Source: an uncultured Oscillospiraceae bacterium
Lineage (GTDB): Bacteria > Bacillota > Clostridia > UMGS1883
Direction of reading: 5' to 3'
Assembly (NCBI GenBank): GCA_964537995.1
Contig: CAZICW010000001.1
Coordinates: forward strand, 1-55,712
DNA: 55,712 nucleotides
The notes below the pieces were generated by a model. It worked only from the letters and a program-made list of their open reading frames with translations, searched no databases and was not told the DNA's origin. Made by a program: the position numbers and the translations under genes. Positions within the stretch are counted from its first letter, which is position 1. Each line of letters starts with the position of its first letter. Positions 44,997-55,712 of this stretch are shown in pieces.

Positions 44997-46136
44997 ATGA
45001 TAAAAATATTCACCGTATTCGGCACACGTCCCGAAGCCATAAAAATGGCTCCGCTTGTACATGAGCTGAGAAAACGTCCCGAGGTAAAATGTATGGTCTG
45101 CGTAACGGCGCAGCACCGTCAGATGCTGGACATGGTGCTTAACCTGTTCAAAATCACCCCGGATTTCGACCTTGACATAATGAAGGAACGCCAGACCCTT
45201 GCCGGAATAACTACCCGCGCTCTTTCGGGGCTTGAAGAAGTTTTCCGCGAGGAAAGACCCGATCTTGTTCTGGTTCACGGCGACACAACAACGACATTTT
45301 CCGGCGCGCTGGCCGCTTACTATAATCAGATAAAGGTCGGCCACGTTGAAGCGGGGCTTCGTACGGGCGACAAATATTTTCCTTTTCCCGAGGAAATGAA
45401 CAGAAAAATGACCGCCGCAATCGCCGACCTGCACTTTGCGCCGACGGTCAGCAATCGGCGTAATCTTCTGAACGAGGGCGTTCCCGCCGACAGAATCTTT
45501 GTCACGGGCAACACCGTCATCGACGCCTTTGCGACCACAATAAAGAAAGATTTTTCCTTTGCGGGAACTCCGCTTGAAAATATAGACTGGAGCAGGCGCG
45601 TTATACTTATGACAGCCCATCGCCGCGAAAATTTGGGCGAGCCGCTGCGTAACATCTGCCGCGCCGCCGCCGGTATAGTACGCTCCTTCCCCGACGTGGA
45701 GCTTGTTTATCCCGTGCATCTCAATCCTGCCGTTCAGGACGTGGCGAATGAAATTCTCGGCGGAATGCCGAGGGTTCATCTTGTTGAGCCTTTGGATGTG
45801 GACGTACTCCACAACGCCATGAGCCGTTGCTTCCTTGTAATGACCGACAGCGGCGGACTTCAGGAGGAAGCTCCGGCTCTCGGAAAGCCCGTGCTTGTGC
45901 TGCGAGGCGAAACGGAGCGTCCCGAAGCCGCCGAAGCCGGAACCGTAAAGATTGCCGGTGTCAGCGAGGAGGTCATATATTCCCTTGCGTACCAGCTTCT
46001 GACCGACGACGAGGAATATTCCCGCATGAGCCGCGCGGTAAATCCTTACGGCGACGGAAACGCCAGCCGCCGCATTGCCGACGCCATACTTTATCATTTC
46101 GGCATACGCGAGGAGCCTCCCGCCCAATGGCTGTAA
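44997..46136 (+). CDS. wecB: UDP-N-acetylglucosamine 2-epimerase (non-hydrolysing)
   Basis: About 379 aa. 'FGTRPEAIKMAPL', 'HVEAGLRT' and 'TDSGGLQEEAPALGKPVLVLR' are present. The start is ATG 44997 or TTG 44982. Confidence 0.9.
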   Translation: MIKIFTVFGTRPEAIKMAPLVHELRKRPEVKCMVCVTAQHRQMLDMVLNLFKITPDFDLDIMKERQTLAGITTRALSGLEEVFREERPDLVLVHGDTTTTFSGALAAYYNQIKVGHVEAGLRTGDKYFPFPEEMNRKMTAAIADLHFAPTVSNRRNLLNEGVPADRIFVTGNTVIDAFATTIKKDFSFAGTPLENIDWSRRVILMTAHRRENLGEPLRNICRAAAGIVRSFPDVELVYPVHLNPAVQDVANEILGGMPRVHLVEPLDVDVLHNAMSRCFLVMTDSGGLQEEAPALGKPVLVLRGETERPEAAEAGTVKIAGVSEEVIYSLAYQLLTDDEEYSRMSRAVNPYGDGNASRRIADAILYHFGIREEPPAQWL

Positions 46137-46179
46137 ATTATAGGAACCGATTTTTATGACAAATTGGCAAAATTGACTA

Positions 46180-46208
46180 TTGTAAAAGCTTTTTTGTTGC
46201 TGTATAAT
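46180..46208 (+). promoter_or_regulatory. Sigma-A promoter of the atp operon
   Basis: TTGTAA (46180-46185), 17-nt spacer, TATAAT (46203-46208). Confidence 0.5.
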
Positions 46209-46230
46209 ATCAAACAAAGGTTGGAGAATA

Positions 46231-46467
46231 ATGAAAAAATCTAATCTTGCCGGCGCGTTTTCTATGATTGTTCAGTTCGGAATATCGGTAATAACGCCGA
46301 TGCTGCTTTGCATATTCGCCGCGGTTTGGCTGAAGAACCGTTTCGGTCTCGGCGACCGGATCGTGCTTGTCGGGTTGCTGCTCGGCGTCGGAAGCGGAAT
46401 CGTCGGTATGTTCAAGGCGATAAAGCAAATGGCAAAGCTTGCCGAAAAGGAGGACGACGATGCTTAA
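46231..46467 (+). CDS. AtpZ/AtpI-family small membrane protein
   Basis: 78 aa with two TM helices. It is the first gene of the atp operon, and 'FSMIVQFGISVITPMLLCIF' is typical of AtpZ. Confidence 0.7.
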   Translation: MKKSNLAGAFSMIVQFGISVITPMLLCIFAAVWLKNRFGLGDRIVLVGLLLGVGSGIVGMFKAIKQMAKLAEKEDDDA

Positions 46468-46867
46468 TCCTCAGTTAAAAAAACAGGTCGGGGAAATTCT
46501 TGCGGCAGTCGCCGTTATGGGATTTTTACAGCTTGCGGTGTTCTTTGTTGTAGGCCGCTTCGTATCCGTCGGTTTTCTCTCCGCTTTTTTGGGAACGCTT
46601 GTCGGCTGCCTGCTGGCGTCGCTGAATATTATACTTTTGGCAAGAAATATTGAAAAATCCGTTGATAAAAATGAAAAGGGCGCACAGTATTCCATGAGCC
46701 TCGGCTATATGCTGCGGCTTGCTCTGACTGCCGTTGTGATTTTCGCGGCGATAAAGCTGCCTCAGCTTGTGAATTTATGGGCTGTGATTATTCCTCTCAT
46801 TTTTCCGCGAATAGCCATAATGGTTATAAACCTTAAATTCAAAAAGCAAGGAGACGGTAATTCATGA
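46460..46867 (+). CDS. atpI: ATP synthase subunit I
   Basis: 135 aa counted from ATG 46460, which has an AAAAGGAGG RBS. It has four hydrophobic helices and overlaps atpZ by 8 nt and atpB by 4 nt. Confidence 0.7.
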   Translation: MLNPQLKKQVGEILAAVAVMGFLQLAVFFVVGRFVSVGFLSAFLGTLVGCLLASLNIILLARNIEKSVDKNEKGAQYSMSLGYMLRLALTAVVIFAAIKLPQLVNLWAVIIPLIFPRIAIMVINLKFKKQGDGNS

Positions 46868-47598
46868 ATGTTGAGGTAAACGGTCCGAAGATACTGTTTG
46901 AAATTCCGCTGTTCGGCGGCATAGGCGTTTCGGAAACCATCGTAAATTCATGGATTGTGATGGCTGTAATAGCTCTTGTCTGCTTTTTCCTCGGACGCAA
47001 CCTTTCGGTGCGCAATCCGAGCAAGCGTCAGCTTGTGGCGGAGAAAGCGGTTACTATGATAACCGATCTCGTCAAGAGCGTTATGGGCGAAAGGAACGCG
47101 GGCTATGCGCCGTATATAGGCACGCTGCTGCTGTTCTCCGCCGTATCGTCGCTCAGCTCCCTGACGGGGCTGCGTCCGCCGACGGCGGATTTGGCGACAA
47201 CGCTCGGGTGGGCGCTTGTAACCTTTGTTATGGTGCAGGCTGTAAACATAAAGCACCACGGCGTGGGCGGCTGGCTTAAAAGCTTTACGAAGCCGATTTT
47301 CGTTATGACCCCGCTGAATATCATCAGCGAAATCGCGAACCCGATTTCAATGGCGTTTCGTCATTTCGGGAACATCGCTTCGGGGCTTGTAATAACCTCG
47401 CTTATCTATTCGGCGCTTGCCGCGCTCAGCGGTCTTATTCTCGGCTTGGTGCCAAGCGAATTTATAGCGAGCATCCCGATTTTCCAAGTCGGCTTGCCGG
47501 CGTTTCTTTCGATATATTTCGACCTGTTCACAAGCGTTTTGCAGGCATATATTTTCTCTATGCTGACAATGGTATTTGTCAGCGGAGCGCAGGACTGA
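46864..47598 (+). CDS. atpB: F0F1 ATP synthase subunit a
   Basis: 244 aa. 'ISMAFRHFGNIASG' contains the conserved stator Arg. Confidence 0.93.
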   Translation: MNVEVNGPKILFEIPLFGGIGVSETIVNSWIVMAVIALVCFFLGRNLSVRNPSKRQLVAEKAVTMITDLVKSVMGERNAGYAPYIGTLLLFSAVSSLSSLTGLRPPTADLATTLGWALVTFVMVQAVNIKHHGVGGWLKSFTKPIFVMTPLNIISEIANPISMAFRHFGNIASGLVITSLIYSALAALSGLILGLVPSEFIASIPIFQVGLPAFLSIYFDLFTSVLQAYIFSMLTMVFVSGAQD

Positions 47599-47677
47599 AC
47601 GATGATAATTTGACTGCGCAAAAGTCCGGCTTTTGCACGGTCTGTTTATAAACAATCTATATTTTAATCGGAGGTAA

Positions 47678-47938
<261 letters not shown>

Positions 47939-47977
47939 GCTTTCCTTCTTATTTAAAAATAAGTTAGGAGGATATTC

Positions 47978-48490
47978 ATGAGCAAATATTTGGATTTTGT
48001 AACAATTCCGCCGGATGTCTGGTCGCTTATTTTTACTTGGTGCAATCTTCTGATACTGTTCCTTTTGGTGCGTCATTTTTTGTTCAAGCCCGTACAGAAA
48101 ATTCTTAAGCAGCGCGACGACGAGGTACGAGAAATGTACCAAAAGGCAGAGGTTGCCGAAACGAACGCGAAGGCTATGGAAACCGAATATACGCAAAAGC
48201 TCCGTGACGCGAAGAACGAAGCCGGCCGCATAATGCAGGAGGCGACAAAGTCCGCCCGTGAGCACGGCGACGAAATCCTGAACGAAGCCCGCACCAAGGC
48301 TGCCGGAATGATAAACAAGGCGGAAGCTCAAATCGAACAGGAGCGGGAAACCGCCGTCAGCGAGCTTCGGACGCAGGTCGCCGACATGGCTGTCGCCATC
48401 GCGGAAAAGGTTATCGAGAAGGAAATCGACCCGCAAATCCATGCCCGTCTTGTTGATGATTTTATTAACAGTGAGGTTGAGTGCCGATGA
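47978..48490 (+). CDS. atpF: F0F1 ATP synthase subunit b
   Basis: 170 aa with an N-terminal TM helix followed by a long charged coiled coil. Confidence 0.9.
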   Translation: MSKYLDFVTIPPDVWSLIFTWCNLLILFLLVRHFLFKPVQKILKQRDDEVREMYQKAEVAETNAKAMETEYTQKLRDAKNEAGRIMQEATKSAREHGDEILNEARTKAAGMINKAEAQIEQERETAVSELRTQVADMAVAIAEKVIEKEIDPQIHARLVDDFINSEVECR

Positions 48491-49014
48491 GGGAAACTGG
48501 AACGGTTTACGGGAACTCTCTTTACGCGCTTGCGGCGGAGGAAGGTATTGCCGAGGAAATAAAGGCTCAGCTTGATGTGCTGTCGGAAATTTATTCCGAA
48601 TCGGGCGATTTTTTCTCAATGCTGGACGCGCCTCAGCTTCAAAAAGAAGAAAAACTCAAGGTGGCCGACGCGGTTTTTGACGGCTGCCATCCCTACATTA
48701 TAAACACGATTAAGCTTTTGATTGAAAACCGTAATATTTCCGCCTTCGGCTATCTTGTAAAAGCCTACGAAAAGGCATATAACAAGGCGAACGGAATCGA
48801 AAAGGCCACAGCGGTGACCGCCGTTCCTCTTGACGAAGGGGCGAAAGAGGCTCTCCGTCAAAAGCTCGAAAAGCTTACGGGCAAGAAAATTATCCTCAAC
48901 AGCAAGGTTGATCCGTCCATACTCGGCGGCGTCGTTATCCGCGCCGACGGAATGCAGATTGACGGCGGCGTAAAGGGTCGGCTGGAAGAAATCAAGAAAG
49001 AAATTGTTAGGTAG
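48487..49014 (+). CDS. atpH: F0F1 ATP synthase subunit delta
   Basis: 175 aa counted from ATG 48487. It has an OSCP-like fold, operon position 4 and the C-terminal 'DPSILGGVVIRADGMQIDGGVKGRL'. Confidence 0.9.
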   Translation: MRETGTVYGNSLYALAAEEGIAEEIKAQLDVLSEIYSESGDFFSMLDAPQLQKEEKLKVADAVFDGCHPYIINTIKLLIENRNISAFGYLVKAYEKAYNKANGIEKATAVTAVPLDEGAKEALRQKLEKLTGKKIILNSKVDPSILGGVVIRADGMQIDGGVKGRLEEIKKEIVR

Positions 49015-49023
49015 GTGGACAAA

Positions 49024-50538
49024 TTGCAGCTTAAACCTGATGAAATAAGCAAGGTCATAAAGGATAGAATAAAAAATTATTCCAATAAGGTGGAGCAAAA
49101 AGAAACAGGCTATGTGATTGAGGTCGGCGACGGCATCGCAAAGGTTCACGGTCTTGAAAACTGTATGGCGAATGAGCTTGTCGAATTTGAAAACGGCGAG
49201 TATGCCATGGCGCTCAACCTTGAAGAAACGGTTGTAAGCTTGGTAATTCTGGGCAGCGACGAAGGCATCCATGAGGGCAGCGTTGTAAAACGGACAGGCA
49301 GAGTTGTGAGCGTCCCTGTCGGCGAAGCAATGATCGGAAGGGTTGTGAACGCGCTCGGTCAGCCCGTAGACGGCAAGGGTCCGATTAACACCAATGAGAC
49401 TCGCCCGATTGAAAGTCCGGCCCCGGGAATAATCGAAAGAGAAAGCGTAAGCGTTCCGCTCCAGACGGGTATAAAGGCAATCGACGCGATGATTCCCATA
49501 GGACGCGGTCAGCGTGAGCTTATAATCGGCGACCGTCAAACCGGTAAAACAACCATAGGCATCGACACCATTATAAATCAGAAGGGTCAGAACGTAATCT
49601 GTGTCTATGTCGCCATAGGTCAAAAAAATTCAACCGTTGCCCAGCTTGTCGATACGCTGACAAAGAGCGGCGCAATGGATTATACGATTGTTGTTTCCTC
49701 AACGGCAAGCGAGCTCAGTCCGCTTCAGTATATCGCTCCTTACGCCGGCTGCGCTATGGGCGAGTATTTTATGTACAAGGGCAAGGATGTTTTGGTCGTG
49801 TATGACGACCTCAGCAAGCACGCCGTCGCTTACCGCGCGCTTTCCCTGCTCATACGCCGTCCTCCGGGACGTGAGGCATATCCCGGCGACGTATTCTATC
49901 TCCATTCCCGCCTTCTGGAGCGTGCGGCACGGCTTGCTCCCGAGTACGGCGGCGGCAGCCTTACGGCTTTGCCTATAATCGAAACTCAGGCCGGCGATGT
50001 CTCCGCCTATATCCCGACGAATGTAATTTCAATCACCGACGGTCAGATTTTCCTTGAGACAGAGCTTTTTCACAGCGGCATTATGCCTGCCGTGAACCCC
50101 GGCATCAGCGTCAGCCGCGTCGGCGGCAACGCACAGCTCAAAGCAATGAAAAAGGTTGCCGGCACGCTTAAGCTTGCCTATGCCCAATACCGTGAGCTTC
50201 AGTCGTTTGCCCAGTTCGGCTCCGACCTCGACGCCGACACAAAGTCCCGTCTCGACCAAGGCGCACGCATAGTTGAGGTGCTTAAGCAGGATAGAAACTC
50301 TCCCGTTTCGGTTGAAAACCAAATTTTGATAATTTACGCGGTTGTAAACGGTTATCTCGCGCCGATAAAGGTCGAGGACATACGCGATTTCGAAGCGGCT
50401 CTGTTCAGCTATGCCGAATCAACCTATCCCGACATTTATAAAAATATTGCCGAAACAGGCGCGCTCAGTCCCGAAACCGAGGAAATGGTAAAGTCGGCGA
50501 TAACCGAGTGTCGCAGCAGCTTCCTTGAAACGAGGTAA
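49024..50538 (+). CDS. atpA: F0F1 ATP synthase subunit alpha
   Basis: Walker A 'GDRQTGKT' is present. The TTG 49024 start gives the canonical '[13 protein letters not shown]' N-terminus after an AGGTGG RBS. The ORF-track start is GTG 49015. Confidence 0.95.
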   Translation: MQLKPDEISKVIKDRIKNYSNKVEQKETGYVIEVGDGIAKVHGLENCMANELVEFENGEYAMALNLEETVVSLVILGSDEGIHEGSVVKRTGRVVSVPVGEAMIGRVVNALGQPVDGKGPINTNETRPIESPAPGIIERESVSVPLQTGIKAIDAMIPIGRGQRELIIGDRQTGKTTIGIDTIINQKGQNVICVYVAIGQKNSTVAQLVDTLTKSGAMDYTIVVSSTASELSPLQYIAPYAGCAMGEYFMYKGKDVLVVYDDLSKHAVAYRALSLLIRRPPGREAYPGDVFYLHSRLLERAARLAPEYGGGSLTALPIIETQAGDVSAYIPTNVISITDGQIFLETELFHSGIMPAVNPGISVSRVGGNAQLKAMKKVAGTLKLAYAQYRELQSFAQFGSDLDADTKSRLDQGARIVEVLKQDRNSPVSVENQILIIYAVVNGYLAPIKVEDIRDFEAALFSYAESTYPDIYKNIAETGALSPETEEMVKSAITECRSSFLETR

Positions 50539-50544
50539 ACGGCT

Positions 50545-51378
50545 ATGGCAGAATCAATGAAGGCTATAAAAAGCCGGATAAGAAGCATTGAAAGCACACG
50601 CCAAATAACAAAGGCAATGGAACTGGTAGCGACGGGAAAGCTGCGCCACGCGAAGGAAAGAATCGAACACAGCCGCCCCTTCTTCAAAATTTTACAGGAC
50701 ACGCTTTCCGACATTCAGCGCGGCAACAAGGACTTTTCCTCGCCCTTCACCCGCCCCTCCGAGGGCAAACGCACCTGCCGCATAATAATCGCCGGCGATC
50801 GCGGACTTGCGGGCGGCTATAACAGCAATCTGTTCAAGGCGGCGGCAGCCGAGGAGGGCGATTTGATACTTCCTATAGGGCGCAAAGCGGTGGAGCTTTA
50901 CCGCCGCAAGGGATTTGCTATCATCAACGACGACTATGCCGTCGCCGATGACGTATCCCTCGGAAACTGCGGAGCTATGGGCGAAGAAATCGGCAAGGCT
51001 TTCCTTCGCGGTGATTTTGACCGCTTGACCGTAAGCTATACCTCGTTTGTGAACGTACTCACTCAGGTTCCCGCGTCAATTGAAATTCTTCCCATACGCA
51101 GAGACGGCGGCGAAAGCGGGAAATCCGGTCTTATAATTTACGAGCCGTCGGCGGAAGCCGTTTTTAACAGCATAGTTCCGCAGTATATCAGCGGCATAAT
51201 TTACGGCGCTCTCTGCGAATCAATAGCGTCGGAGCTGAGCGCCCGAAGGAGCGCAATGGAGGCGGCCAATAAAAACGCCGACGAAATGATTTCCTCTCTG
51301 AGTCTCAAATACAACCGCGCGCGTCAGGCGTCGATAACTCAGGAAATCACGGAAATTGTCGCCGGCAGCGAGGTTTAA
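50545..51378 (+). CDS. atpG: F0F1 ATP synthase subunit gamma
   Basis: 277 aa. 'IKSRIRSIESTRQITKAMELVA' and the C-terminal 'NRARQASITQEITEIVAG' are present. Confidence 0.95.
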   Translation: MAESMKAIKSRIRSIESTRQITKAMELVATGKLRHAKERIEHSRPFFKILQDTLSDIQRGNKDFSSPFTRPSEGKRTCRIIIAGDRGLAGGYNSNLFKAAAAEEGDLILPIGRKAVELYRRKGFAIINDDYAVADDVSLGNCGAMGEEIGKAFLRGDFDRLTVSYTSFVNVLTQVPASIEILPIRRDGGESGKSGLIIYEPSAEAVFNSIVPQYISGIIYGALCESIASELSARRSAMEAANKNADEMISSLSLKYNRARQASITQEITEIVAGSEV

Positions 51379-52794
<1,416 letters not shown>

Positions 52795-52811
52795 GAAAGG
52801 CTGTGAAGTTT

Positions 52812-53213
52812 ATGGAATTTCAGCTTCAGATAGCAACTCCCGACGGGCTTCTCTATGACGGCCCCGCCAAAAAGGTCATAACCCGTACAACCGAAGGCGA
52901 CGTGGGAATCCTTGCGCGCCACAGCGACTATGTCGCTCCGCTCGACGTCGGTAAAACAAAGGTCATGTTTCCCGACGGCGCCGTCCGTATCGGCTCCTCG
53001 AACCGCGGAATGATAAGCGTCAGCGGCGGAGTCGTGCGAATTGTGGCAATAACCTTTGAATGGGCGGACGAAATTGACCTTGAGCGCGCCGAACGCGCCG
53101 CGGAGAAAGCGCGGGAGCGTATGCGGAAAAAGCAGGGCGACAACGAGCTGCGCTTGGCGGAATATAAGCTCAAGCGCGCGCTCAACAGAATAAACGTATA
53201 TAACGGGAAGTAA
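52812..53213 (+). CDS. atpC: F0F1 ATP synthase subunit epsilon
   Basis: 133 aa counted from ATG 52812. It has a beta-sandwich followed by a C-terminal helical hairpin ('RAERAAEKARERM') and is the last gene of the operon. Confidence 0.9.
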   Translation: MEFQLQIATPDGLLYDGPAKKVITRTTEGDVGILARHSDYVAPLDVGKTKVMFPDGAVRIGSSNRGMISVSGGVVRIVAITFEWADEIDLERAERAAEKARERMRKKQGDNELRLAEYKLKRALNRINVYNGK

Positions 53214-53222
53214 AACAGTAAT

Positions 53223-53260
53223 AAAGCAGGCGCGAATCCGTGGATTCGCGCCTGCTTTTA
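53223..53260. terminator. Bidirectional intrinsic terminator after atpC and the convergent surface-protein gene
   Basis: AAAGCAGGCGCGAATCC-GT-GGATTCGCGCCTGCTTT 17-bp perfect stem followed by a T-rich tail. Confidence 0.85.
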
Positions 53261-53315
53261 TGCTTTTATATGCCGGCAAGGGTCGGCCAAGCCGCGAGAT
53301 ACGAGCCTCTTTCAG

Positions 53316-55712
53316 CTAAAACGCTCGTATCGAGTTTGTGCAGACGGGCTGAATACTGCCGTCGTCAAGGAATACGAATGCCTTGACTATGACCGTTCCT
53401 TCCGCCAGTACGGCTATATCATCGAAGGTAACGCTTTCCGCAAGCGCGGCGCTTCGAACAGCAAGCAGTTCGTTGTTTCTGTAAAGCGCTACGTATGCCC
53501 TTCCGTTCACATCTTCAAGACCGGAAATGCCGAGCTTTATACTGCCTTCAATTCCGTTTGCGCCTACGCGGGTAAGGTTCGAGATGTCAATGTCGATTGC
53601 ATAGCTCTCTCCCTCGACGCCGTAATAAAAGTCGGCGATTTCGCTGAGCGCGTACTTGTATCCCGCCGCAGCGGCACGGATAAGAGTTCCGCTCGTTATT
53701 TCAATCGGTTCGGTATAAACGTCGCTCTCAAGCGTCGGAGCGGTGCCGTCGAGCGTATAGAACACCTCAAATGTCCGCTCCGCGCCTTCGCTGTCGGTAT
53801 AGTTTCCTCCGATAAGCTCGACCGCGGTTCCCGCCTTAACCACACTGTTCGACGCGACGGATGCCGTCGGAGCGTCGGCGGCTCCGTTGGTAACATTATA
53901 CTTCATAACGGTCGGAGCTAAGCCGCTCTTAACCGTTTTGACCCATACGACGCTCCTTTCATACGGAGCAAAGACCATGTTTCCGTTCTCGCCGCCGCAG
54001 GGAGTTGTAATTTCCGAAGCGGTTACCCCTGTTGATTCCGTTCCCTCGACAATCAGGAAGAAGAAGGACGCACCCTCGGTGGAGCTGGCAAAGTATATGT
54101 TCGTTCCGCCGACAGCCGCTTCGGTGGAAAGCACTGTCGCTCCGCCGACGCCCGTTATTTCGGGAATCGTTACGGTGTAATTGTTCACGGAGCTGTTGGC
54201 GTAGCCTTCCGCCGCGGCCATTATTCGGAGCATACCGTCCTCATAGAAGTAGATATAGCTTCCCGTGAACAGCTTTGTGGAGTCACTGCCGACAACTGGA
54301 ACCGAGCCGTCTGTTGTATAGTAAATCTTTGCGGGTTCGCTTTCATTGCCGAGATACAAATTGTATATCATCGAACCGTCAACATTGAGCATTGATGATG
54401 AGCTTTTTGCGTACGGCGTAGTCAAGGCGGTTAGGGTTACGGTGTATTCATAGATTTCGCTGTCGTAGTAGCCGCTGCGCACGGCAATCGCGCGAACGGT
54501 ATAGGTTCCGGCGGAGGTGAAGCTGAGCCTGTTCTCGTAAACATTGCTGTCAACCGTCGGATCGGTGCCGTCAAGCGTATAGTAAACTGTTGTGCGGGGA
54601 GTTAAATCGGTGAGCATAAGCTCCTTTCCGCCGATAACATTCGATTCTGTAAAGAGAACCTCGCCGCATTGGGAAATATCTCCTTCGCTCAAAATCTTTG
54701 TCACAACATTGCTGGCTTCATAGCCGTTGGCAACGGCAATAAACTTCAGCGTCACTCCCGAGTCCACAACCGCAAGCCCGCTCGTCGCCTGCGCGGAGCT
54801 TGTTGTGGGGGTTGTGCAGTCGGTTGTATAGTAATATTCCGCGCCGTCGGTTTCGCAGGCAAAGCGGAGAATATAGCTGCTGCCGCTCGGAACTGCCTCA
54901 ACCGTGGGTTCGGCTGTTTTGGACACATTAAGAGACTGTGTTTTATACGCGTATTCATAGCCCGGCTTCGCCGCGACAACATGGACATAGCCGCCCGTCG
55001 AAACCTCAAAGGCTCCGGTGTATTTCGTGTCCCCCGTTGTGGCCGCGGTATCCGCGTTTTTATCGATCGTATAGAACAAATCCGCATCGCTGTCGGCGCA
55101 GGAAAGCGTAACCCTGACTCCCGACGCGGTGTTTGTTTCCTTAACGGTTATTTCTCCCACCTTATCAAGCGTAATCGGCCCGCCCGTAACGGAAACCGTC
55201 GCGGCGTAGACGCTGCTGACGCTCTGTTCGCCGTTAACGGTCTTGACTGCCACGGCGGCGATATAGCCGCTGCTGCTGTATGTTATCGGATAGGTGTAAA
55301 GATTTTCGCTGCTGATTGCAATATCCGAAGCGTTCTTGATTTTTTCGGTAACATAGTATATGTCGCAGCCCTCTTCGGCGGTAAGAGTGATATATACGGC
55401 GCCGTTTTCAAGAGTTGTCTTCGCCGCCGTAACGGTTTCTGTTACCGCGACTTCAATCTTCCCTTGTTTAATATCGCTGTATTTTCCTTCCGCGTAAGCG
55501 CGAAAGACTATATAGTACGTTCCTGTTTTGTCAAAAACTATGGGCTGAGTATAAAGCGTTCCCGTGCTTACGGTCAGGTCGTAGGACGAGGGTATGGATT
55601 CAAACATCATATAATATATGTCCGCGCCGTCGGAGGATTTAAGCGTCAGGGTTTTCGCGCCGTTCGCGGCTGTTTCGGTGCTTGAGGTCGGAACGCTCAG
55701 CGTGACCGTACT
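53316..55712 (-). CDS. Large repetitive surface protein with tandem chitobiase/beta-hexosaminidase-C-terminal-like (Fn3-associated) modules; 5' end lies outside the window
   Basis: The frame stays open from 55610 to the window edge (34 further sense codons). At least 8 modules have the signature '[IVF][YF]YT.DG..P......Y...[IF]......[IV].A.A...GY..S'. Confidence 0.8.
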   Translation of the reverse strand, partial: STVTLSVPTSSTETAANGAKTLTLKSSDGADIYYMMFESIPSSYDLTVSTGTLYTQPIVFDKTGTYYIVFRAYAEGKYSDIKQGKIEVAVTETVTAAKTTLENGAVYITLTAEEGCDIYYVTEKIKNASDIAISSENLYTYPITYSSSGYIAAVAVKTVNGEQSVSSVYAATVSVTGGPITLDKVGEITVKETNTASGVRVTLSCADSDADLFYTIDKNADTAATTGDTKYTGAFEVSTGGYVHVVAAKPGYEYAYKTQSLNVSKTAEPTVEAVPSGSSYILRFACETDGAEYYYTTDCTTPTTSSAQATSGLAVVDSGVTLKFIAVANGYEASNVVTKILSEGDISQCGEVLFTESNVIGGKELMLTDLTPRTTVYYTLDGTDPTVDSNVYENRLSFTSAGTYTVRAIAVRSGYYDSEIYEYTVTLTALTTPYAKSSSSMLNVDGSMIYNLYLGNESEPAKIYYTTDGSVPVVGSDSTKLFTGSYIYFYEDGMLRIMAAAEGYANSSVNNYTVTIPEITGVGGATVLSTEAAVGGTNIYFASSTEGASFFFLIVEGTESTGVTASEITTPCGGENGNMVFAPYERSVVWVKTVKSGLAPTVMKYNVTNGAADAPTASVASNSVVKAGTAVELIGGNYTDSEGAERTFEVFYTLDGTAPTLESDVYTEPIEITSGTLIRAAAAGYKYALSEIADFYYGVEGESYAIDIDISNLTRVGANGIEGSIKLGISGLEDVNGRAYVALYRNNELLAVRSAALAESVTFDDIAVLAEGTVIVKAFVFLDDGSIQPVCTNSIRAF
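53622..55712 (-). repeat. Tandem array of ~75-90-aa Ig-like protein modules (diverged at DNA level)
   Basis: Module starts include 'ADIYYMM', 'CDIYYVT', 'ADLFYTID', 'AEYYYTTD', 'TVYYTLDG', 'AKIYYTTDG' and 'FEVFYTLDG', each followed by an 'A.A...GY' strand. Confidence 0.7.

Noticed and set aside
44874-46217. 447-aa minus-strand ORF
   Set aside because: It is antisense to the UDP-GlcNAc 2-epimerase gene, and the product is not protein-like.
54669-55685. 338-aa plus-strand ORF
   Set aside because: It is antisense to the repetitive surface-protein gene. The product is Arg/Gly/Cys-rich, as expected from the reverse frame of Thr/Ala/Tyr-rich repeats.

Overview
This is a 55.7-kb chromosomal window from an endospore-forming Firmicute that looks Clostridia-like. 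The evidence is spoIVA, a pro-sigma-K gene, a Phe T-box leader, Gram-positive RBS and sigma-A promoter architecture, and roughly 50-55% GC by eye. I support about 50 CDS, one T-box riboswitch, several intrinsic terminators and a set of near-consensus sigma-A promoters. I found no rRNA, tRNA, CRISPR array, transposase, integrase or phage genes. Most of the window is housekeeping: pgi, rplM-rpsI, dnaE, spoIVA, a TIGR03960/TIGR03936 radical-SAM pair, pheST, purA, argCB, sigK, trpS, tagO/wecB and a complete atpZ-atpI-atpBEFHAGDC operon. The atp c subunit carries a full Na+-binding signature. The outlier, and my main candidate for an undescribed system, is a tightly packed 13.9-kb nine-gene minus-strand operon at 18085-31950. 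It combines two atypical extracytoplasmic solute-binding proteins and two complete ABC-importer permease pairs with three uncharacterised envelope proteins: an anchored NHL-propeller/TPR protein, a Yip1-type membrane protein and a ~945-aa anchored exoprotein with a poly-Glu/Ala tract. The operon has no ATPase, no recognisable glycoside hydrolase and no regulator. All family assignments come from motif recognition by eye, with no database search run. Start codons were re-picked from the RBS context where the ORF track started upstream.
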